Below, piece by piece: positions 62,350-64,000 of a stretch of 64,000 nucleotides of DNA; the first letter of the stretch is position 1; each line of letters opens with the position of its first letter. This stretch comes from Octopus sinensis. Lineage: Eukaryota. The notes beneath the pieces are model-generated. The model did not search any database. It was not told the origin of the DNA and saw only the letters and a program-made list of their open reading frames with translations. Where the stretch lies: positions 90,334,001 through 90,398,000 of the forward strand of contig NC_042997.1 in the NCBI RefSeq assembly GCF_006345805.1, written 5' to 3'. The position numbers and the translations under genes are program-made.

Positions 62350-62412
62350 TACATAAATACATGTACATATATGTGTGTGTATGTGTGTATGTATATATAT
62401 ATAAAATATACA

Positions 62413-62570
62413 TAGGCGCAAGCATGGCTGTGTGTTAAACACCTGTGCTTCCCAACCAACGATTTCGGGTCAGTTCCACTGCGTGGCACCTTTTTCTACT
62501 GTCTTCTACTATAAGCCTTGGGCCGACAAAAGCCTTGTGATGGAATTTGGTAGACGGAAACTGAAAGTAT
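62413..62570 (+). mobile_element. SINE S2 5' half
   Basis: AGGCGCAAGCATGGCTGTGTG...CCACTGCGTGGCACC...GGAAACTGAAAG. Confidence 0.85.
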
Positions 62571-62994
62571 CCCCATACACACACACACGTAATATATATA
62601 TATATATATATATATAAATAATATATATATATATATATATATATGTTATATTTCGGATTGGTCACTTTTAATTTTACCAAATAGACATACGCACGCTATA
62701 TTCGTTTTCACTTCAGGTTGATTTTGTTATTTATTTTATGTCCTATTTCTGGAAATCTTTTGTCATATGTCCTGTGAACAATATTAAAATAAATCCGAAA
62801 TGAAAAACCAGCATAGTGCGTGTGTTTATTTGGTATTAAAAAAAAACGATCATCCCGATGTATAACAACTTGCAAAACAAATACATAAACGTAATGTGTG
62901 TGTGTGTGTGTGTGTATGTATATATATTATATATATATATATCTACATGCATATGCTTATACATATATATGTGTATATACATACAAATCTAAGC

Positions 62995-63375
62995 GTATAT
63001 GGTTCCGGGTTCAGGCCCACTGCGTGGCACCTTCGGCAAGTGTCTTCTACTATAGCCTCGGGCCGACCAAAGCCTTGTGAGTGGATTTGGTAGACGGAAA
63101 CTGAAAGAAGCCCGTCGTATATATGTATATATATATATATATTATATTTGTGTGTGCGTGTATGTTTGTGTGTCTGTATGTTGTCCCCCTAGCATTGCTT
63201 GACAACCGATGCTGGTGTGTTTATGTCCCCGTTACTTAGCGGTTCGGCAAAAGAGACCGATAGAATAAGTACTGGGCTTACAAAAGAATAAGTCCCGGGG
63301 TCGAGTTGCACGATTAAAGGCGGTGCTCCAGCATGGCCGCAGTCAAATGACTGAAACAAATAAAAGAGTAAAGAG
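62995..63375 (+). mobile_element. SINE S2, near full length
   Basis: CORE-like block, microsatellite spacer, and second half ending GGCGGTGCTCCAGCATGGCCGCAGTCAAATGACTGAAAC. Confidence 0.92.
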
Positions 63376-63479
63376 AGTATGTATATATATTCTTCCCATG
63401 TCTTTTTGTAAGCACTACATACTTGTAATCACACACACACACACGCTCACGCACAGACACACACACATGCATGCACGCA

Positions 63480-63522
<43 letters not shown>

Positions 63523-63730
63523 GCAAACGAAGCCCGTAGTAAAAGACGCTCTCCTTGTGTGCCATGAGTGGCCAGAGGTTTCTAAGAACACTATTTTTCA
63601 ACGAAATACCCATACATGAGGCAATGTGTATTTATTGACGGATGGATATTTGGATGTATTACCGAATTGTAGAGTGACTTCGTATATATTGTACACGTGA
63701 AGTGTATGTGTAAGCGTGCATCAACGTGTA

Positions 63731-63771
<41 letters not shown>

Positions 63772-64000
63772 TGTGTGTGTGTGTGTGCGTGCTTGTGTGT
63801 GTGTGTGTGTGTGTAATACTAGATATTTACGGTAACGTGGTGTCTGCTACTAGACAGATTACATAGGAAAACAACGTTTACGCAACGAACAAGGAGTAAC
63901 GTAAATTGACGTGTCTGTTAGACTTACGCATTACAACACATCAAAATGGCCACACAAACACACTCTAACTATTGTGATCAACGCAGAAACATGGCCTTCT

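Noticed and set aside
62646-62800. Possible 155-bp MITE (ATTTCGGATT...AATCCGAAAT)
   Set aside because: A 10-bp inverted match in AT-rich DNA with no TSD and no second copy.

Overview
Eukaryotic, AT-rich, microsatellite-saturated DNA with no recognisable host exon, so it is either a gene desert or part of a large intron. The SINE families and microsatellite density suggest a coleoid cephalopod, most likely Octopus (inference from remembered repeat families; no search was run). A 100-N scaffold gap lies at 24422-24521. Almost all non-simple sequence is transposon-derived. LINEs: seven R4/Dong fragments, most abutting (TAA)n arrays; one near-full-length CR1-clade LINE (44.16-48.57 kb); one old CR1-group LINE; three RTE 3' ends. 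Other retroelements: two Penelope-like elements (PLEs), two Gypsy remnants and three tRNA-derived SINE families. DNA transposons: mariner, Tc1-like, DD37D/maT and MITE-like elements. Highlights: (i) three unrelated non-coding inverted-repeat (hairpin) elements each carry a pair of outward-reading hammerhead-ribozyme folds, and one matches, identically by eye, the 3' end of a Neptune-like PLE 26 kb away; (ii) the CR1 ORF1 appears to fuse a trihelix Myb/SANT-like domain to a CCCH zinc finger, downstream of tandem 5'UTR monomers; (iii) a three-junction template-switching (FoSTeS/MMBIR-like) rearrangement spans 48.9-51.5 kb; (iv) the CORE-like SINE shares its 3' tail with the CR1 LINE. All alignments and folds were done by eye, so diffuse element boundaries are approximate.
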